Shown here: positions 33,817 through 37,130 of the stretch, piece after piece
Numbering within the stretch: the first letter of the stretch is position 1
Layout: each line of letters starts with the position of its first letter
IMG/VR virus record: IMGVR_UViG_3300025053_000009
Coordinates: 1 to 37,130 of that record
Length of the DNA: 37,130 nt
Direction: 5' to 3' (one strand)
Source: a virus
Lineage: Duplodnaviria > Caudoviricetes
Notes under the pieces: model-generated
What the model saw: the letters and a program-made list of their open reading frames with translations, nothing else
What the model was told of the DNA's origin: nothing
Database searches by the model: none
Translations under genes and position numbers: made by a program

Positions 33817-34358
33817 TGCTGGTCGAGTGCGGCTTCACGCGGGCATCCATGCCCGACGGGCAGGAGTTCACCTTCCGGCCATCGCTGGCCCGCATTGCCG
33901 CGCTCGGCTCACCCGCTGAGATCGTGCAGCTCTACGCCGAGCTGCACGGCCCGCGCGCGGGGAAGTCGGCGTCCTACGTGCTGGCGACCCTGTGCGACCA
34001 GGACGACTGCCTGGCGCTGATCGGCTGGCTTGACGCCGATGGCTGGCACCAGGGCCCCATGCCCGAGGCCGAGCAGATCCTGATCGCACGCCACCTGATG
34101 CAGCACGGGATCATCGGCAAGGCCAAGCCTGGCAGGGCCGGCAGCGGCCAGTTCGCGCCCGAGTTTCATACTGCCGAGTACGTCGCAGCGGCGCGCGTGC
34201 ACCTGGGGCTGAGCACCGCGGATGCCGAGGCGCTGAGCATGACCGAGTTCCAGGCGGCGTTCGAGATGAAGTTCCCCGAGGCCAAGGCCGCCGAGGTGCC
34301 GAGCCGCGATGAGTACAAGGCGTTCATGGAGAAGATGAAGGGAGGCCGTAGTGGCTGA
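33816..34358 (+). CDS. Tail assembly chaperone-like protein
   Basis: Between tube and tape measure. FRPSLARIAALG...ARVHLG...LSMTEF motif. Confidence 0.75.
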   Translation: MLVECGFTRASMPDGQEFTFRPSLARIAALGSPAEIVQLYAELHGPRAGKSASYVLATLCDQDDCLALIGWLDADGWHQGPMPEAEQILIARHLMQHGIIGKAKPGRAGSGQFAPEFHTAEYVAAARVHLGLSTADAEALSMTEFQAAFEMKFPEAKAAEVPSRDEYKAFMEKMKGGRSG

Positions 34359-36879
34359 GAAGGTCGGAGACATCTACTACGACGTTACCGTTGAGACGGG
34401 TCGCATGATCGATGCGCAGCGCGAGATCGAGCGTCGAGCTAGGGAGACAGCATCCAGCCTGGGGGCGATGGGCGGCGGCGCCAAGACGGCAGAAAGTGGA
34501 TTTCGCAGCGCAGGTGCAGCAGCACAGGAAGCAAGCGGTCGATTCCGGGATGCGGCCGGCAAGCTGCGCGAGGCAAATGGCCAGTTCGTGAAAGCCGGCG
34601 GATCTGCGGCGGGGGCTGCTGGAGGCATTGGCCAGGCAGCATCTGCGTCAGACATCCTCACCGGCAAGCTCAGCCAAGTCTCGATCGCTGTCAAGATATT
34701 TGCGGCAGCGATGGCTCTGGTCAAGTCGGCGCAGATGGCCGACGACATGCGCCTACTGGCCGCTCGCGTCGAGGTGGCTGCTGGCAGCATGCAGCTGGGC
34801 GCCGACGCCATGCGCGCGCTGCAGGACATCAGCACGCGCACACAGACCAGCATGGAGGGCAACGTCGAGGTTTTCGCGCGCCTGAACCAGTCCATGATCC
34901 AGATGGGCGGCACGCAGGCAGACACGCTGCAGCTGACCGAGCTGCTGGGCAAGGCGATCAAGGTCTCTGGCGCGTCCGCAGTTGAGGCCAAGGCTGCCAT
35001 GCTGCAATTTGGCCAGGCACTAGGATCTGGCAAGCTGGCCGGAGATGAGCTGCGAAGCCTGATGGAGACGGCGCCATACCTGATGCGCCAGCTGGCGGAC
35101 GGCATTGGCGTTCCAGTCGGGGCGCTCAAGAAGATGGGAGAGGAGGGCAAGCTGACCTCGGATGTGGTGGTCAACGCGCTGGGCAAGGCCGCCAAGCAGA
35201 TCGACCAGGACTTCCAGAAGTTCCCGCAGACGATCGACGCGGCGATGACCGTGGCCGGCGATGCCGCCAAGCGGGCCGCCGAAAAGTTCGACGACATGAC
35301 CGGTACCAGTGCTATCCTGGCCGGCGCCACCAAGGGGCTCGGGACGGTGCTGGATAAGCTGGCCGAGCAGTTTGGAGCTGGCACGACGGAGGCGGACAAG
35401 CTGGGTCGATCCACCCTGGTCAAGACATGGGCCGAGGATACGGCTGTCGTGCTGACCTATGTGGTGGACGCTGCCGATTTTGTGGTGCGCGGGTTCAAGC
35501 AGATGGGCACCGCCTTGGGCGGCCTGGCTGCTGCCGCAGGCGCTGCAGCAACTGGCGAGCTGACCCAGGCCAAGAACATCCTGGGCATGATGGCCGATGA
35601 CATCAAGAGCATCGGCAACGCCAAGTTCAGCGGCGCCAAGATGCGCGAGCAGTTCCAGTTCGCCAAGGAGTTCGTCGGGCCGCAGGCGCCGGCCGACCTG
35701 GGCTACACGGCATCCAAGCTCAAGGCGCCGAAGCAGGAGGGCGACAAGAAGAAGGGCAAGAAGCCATTCGACTCGGGAAAGTACATCGCAGGCCTGGCGG
35801 CGAAGGCGGCCACGGACGAGTGGAAGCGCGTCGCGGAGATCGAGCAAGAGGCGCTGCGCCAAAATGATGAGCATCTGAAAAAGAAGGACATTTCGGCAGC
35901 TCAACACGAAAAGGCCAAGACGCTGATTCTGGCTGCTGGCACCCAGGCGCGGCAGGAGCTTGCACAGGAGGAGCTGGACAAGCTGGTCCAGAATATCAAC
36001 ACCGAGGAGCGCCTGCGAGATGAAGCTGCAGCACGCCAACGCCAGAAGGCTGAGCAGCAGTCCAGGGCCGAGATGGAGGCTCGCCAGCTCATCGCCGACG
36101 CGCAGGGTGATCCGGTCGAGCGGATCAGGCTGGAGGAGGAGGCGAAGCTGGCCGCCCAGCAGGCTGCCTATGACCAGCAGCTCATCAGTCTCGAGCTGTT
36201 CGAGCAGGCCAAGGCCGCCATCCGAGCCAAGGCCGCAGCCGACGAGCAGGCGATCCAAGAGGCAAACAACGTCATGTCGGTCCAGCTCATGGGCAAGATG
36301 ACTGATGACGTGTTGGGCATTCTGCAGAAGTCCGGCAAGGAGCGCACCGCGCTGGGCAAGGCGCTGTTCTTGGCCACAAAAGCGCTGGCTGTTGCCGAGA
36401 TCTTGATCAACACCGAGGTTGCGGCGGCAAAGGCTGGCGCGCAGTTGGGAATTTTCGGCGTCCCAATGGCGACACTGATCCGCGCCCAAGGCTACGCCAG
36501 CGCTGGCATGGTGGCAGGCATGGCTGTGGCCGATGTGGCAGGCGGCCGCGCCTACGGCGGTCCTGTGAGCGCCGACCGGCTCTACCGCGTCAACGAGCGC
36601 GGCGCACCCGAGATGTTCACGGCCAGTAATGGCCGGCAGTACATGCTGCCGACGACTGGCGGCCAGGTGACGGCCGCTGACAAGGTGGGAGGCGGCGCTG
36701 TGCAGGTGTCCATCCAGGTCATTAACAACCACTCGGGCGCCCAGGTGACGACGCGCACCGATGACACCGGCCGAACCACTCAGATTGTCATCTCAGAGAT
36801 TGTCAACCAGATCAGCAGCAACTCGGGGCCGGTGTGGTCGGCGCTACGTGGGGCTACGAACGTGAGATCGGCGCTGTGA
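34351..36879 (+). CDS. Tail tape measure protein
   Basis: 842 aa, Ala-rich helical. QFGQALGSGKLAGDELRSLME tape-measure domain and C-terminal RAYGGPV...VNERGAPEMF. Confidence 0.95.
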   Translation: MAEKVGDIYYDVTVETGRMIDAQREIERRARETASSLGAMGGGAKTAESGFRSAGAAAQEASGRFRDAAGKLREANGQFVKAGGSAAGAAGGIGQAASASDILTGKLSQVSIAVKIFAAAMALVKSAQMADDMRLLAARVEVAAGSMQLGADAMRALQDISTRTQTSMEGNVEVFARLNQSMIQMGGTQADTLQLTELLGKAIKVSGASAVEAKAAMLQFGQALGSGKLAGDELRSLMETAPYLMRQLADGIGVPVGALKKMGEEGKLTSDVVVNALGKAAKQIDQDFQKFPQTIDAAMTVAGDAAKRAAEKFDDMTGTSAILAGATKGLGTVLDKLAEQFGAGTTEADKLGRSTLVKTWAEDTAVVLTYVVDAADFVVRGFKQMGTALGGLAAAAGAAATGELTQAKNILGMMADDIKSIGNAKFSGAKMREQFQFAKEFVGPQAPADLGYTASKLKAPKQEGDKKKGKKPFDSGKYIAGLAAKAATDEWKRVAEIEQEALRQNDEHLKKKDISAAQHEKAKTLILAAGTQARQELAQEELDKLVQNINTEERLRDEAAARQRQKAEQQSRAEMEARQLIADAQGDPVERIRLEEEAKLAAQQAAYDQQLISLELFEQAKAAIRAKAAADEQAIQEANNVMSVQLMGKMTDDVLGILQKSGKERTALGKALFLATKALAVAEILINTEVAAAKAGAQLGIFGVPMATLIRAQGYASAGMVAGMAVADVAGGRAYGGPVSADRLYRVNERGAPEMFTASNGRQYMLPTTGGQVTAADKVGGGAVQVSIQVINNHSGAQVTTRTDDTGRTTQIVISEIVNQISSNSGPVWSALRGATNVRSAL

Positions 36880-37022
36880 TCACCAGTTGTCGGACTTCTT
36901 TGTGTCGCGCAGGTATATCCCGAGGCTGGTGATCATATCCCTGGTGCGCTTGCCAGCCTGTGATTGCAGCTTCCACGGCTCGTCATCTACTATCAGTGGG
37001 TTTTCCCGCCCGCCATCCAGTA
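36880..37022 (-). pseudogene. 3' remnant of an antisense moron gene interrupted by IS3
   Basis: Open frame (...LGIYLRDTKKSDNW*) converges exactly on the tape measure stop and is cut by the IS end. Confidence 0.45.
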
Positions 37023-37130
37023 TGAACCGCCCCGGGTTTCGAGGAGGCTCCCACCTTTGAGAAGATGGAGCCATGAAGAAGTCAGCGAATTTTTCCCCCG
37101 AGGTCCGCGAGCGCGCCGTGCGCATGGTGT
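37023..37130 (+). mobile_element. Left end of an IS3-family element (IS51/IS629-like)
   Basis: IRL begins TGAACCGCCCCGGGTTT, followed by the orfA start. Confidence 0.9.
37073..37130 (+). CDS. IS3-family transposase OrfA (5' partial)
   Basis: MKKSANFSPEVRERAVRMV with a GGAG SD. Confidence 0.88.
   Translation, partial: MKKSANFSPEVRERAVRMV

Larger units (their letters stand above)
112..37022. mobile_element. Lambdoid siphovirus-type prophage (partial, probably defective)
   Basis: Canonical gene order: recombination genes, cI/cro, replication, nin region, terminase, portal, head, tail tube, tape measure. IS elements lie at both edges and the capsid gene is frameshifted. Confidence 0.97.

Noticed and set aside
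33816-34358. Programmed -1 frameshift in the tail chaperone (lambda G/GT type)
   Set aside because: A single ORF fills the space up to the tape measure and I saw no clear slippery heptamer.
35020-36732. 570-aa antisense ORF within the tape measure gene
   Set aside because: Shadow of GC-biased codon usage.
112-37022. tRNA genes, integrase/att sites, lysis genes, reverse transcriptase/DGR
   Set aside because: None recognised by eye in this window. They may lie beyond the IS-bounded edges.

Overview
The window is most of a GC-rich lambdoid (siphovirus-type) prophage. The host is probably a Betaproteobacterium, which is an inference from GC content and gene types. It is cut at both ends by insertion sequences: an IS21-type end at 1-111 and an IS3-type start at 37023-37130. 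From left to right it holds a leftward early operon (RdgC, H-NS-like, YqaJ exonuclease, RecT-like protein, many small ORFs, repeated terminators), an immunity region (OL/PL, cI, OR, cro), replication genes with iterons, a nin-like region, terminase, portal and head genes, and tail genes up to the tape measure. Integrase, lysis and tail-tip genes are not in the window. Five things stand out. (1) A three-gene cassette sits in the lambda rexAB slot between cI and PL: a ParB/Srx-like protein, an Mrr-like PD-(D/E)xK nuclease candidate and a convergent C5 DNA methyltransferase. It is a candidate prophage-encoded restriction-like defence system. (2) An 11-bp motif, CTCCCTAGCAT, occurs five times (one with a mismatch) in the late region, mostly 6-7 nt before an SD-less ATG. 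No Q antiterminator is recognisable, which suggests a multi-promoter, leaderless late-expression scheme. (3) Two tandem small proteins begin with the sliding-clamp motif QLDLF. (4) The major capsid gene is frameshifted. (5) An AT-richer SGNH-hydrolase module is inserted among the head-tail genes. All family calls come from motif recognition only, as no searches were run.
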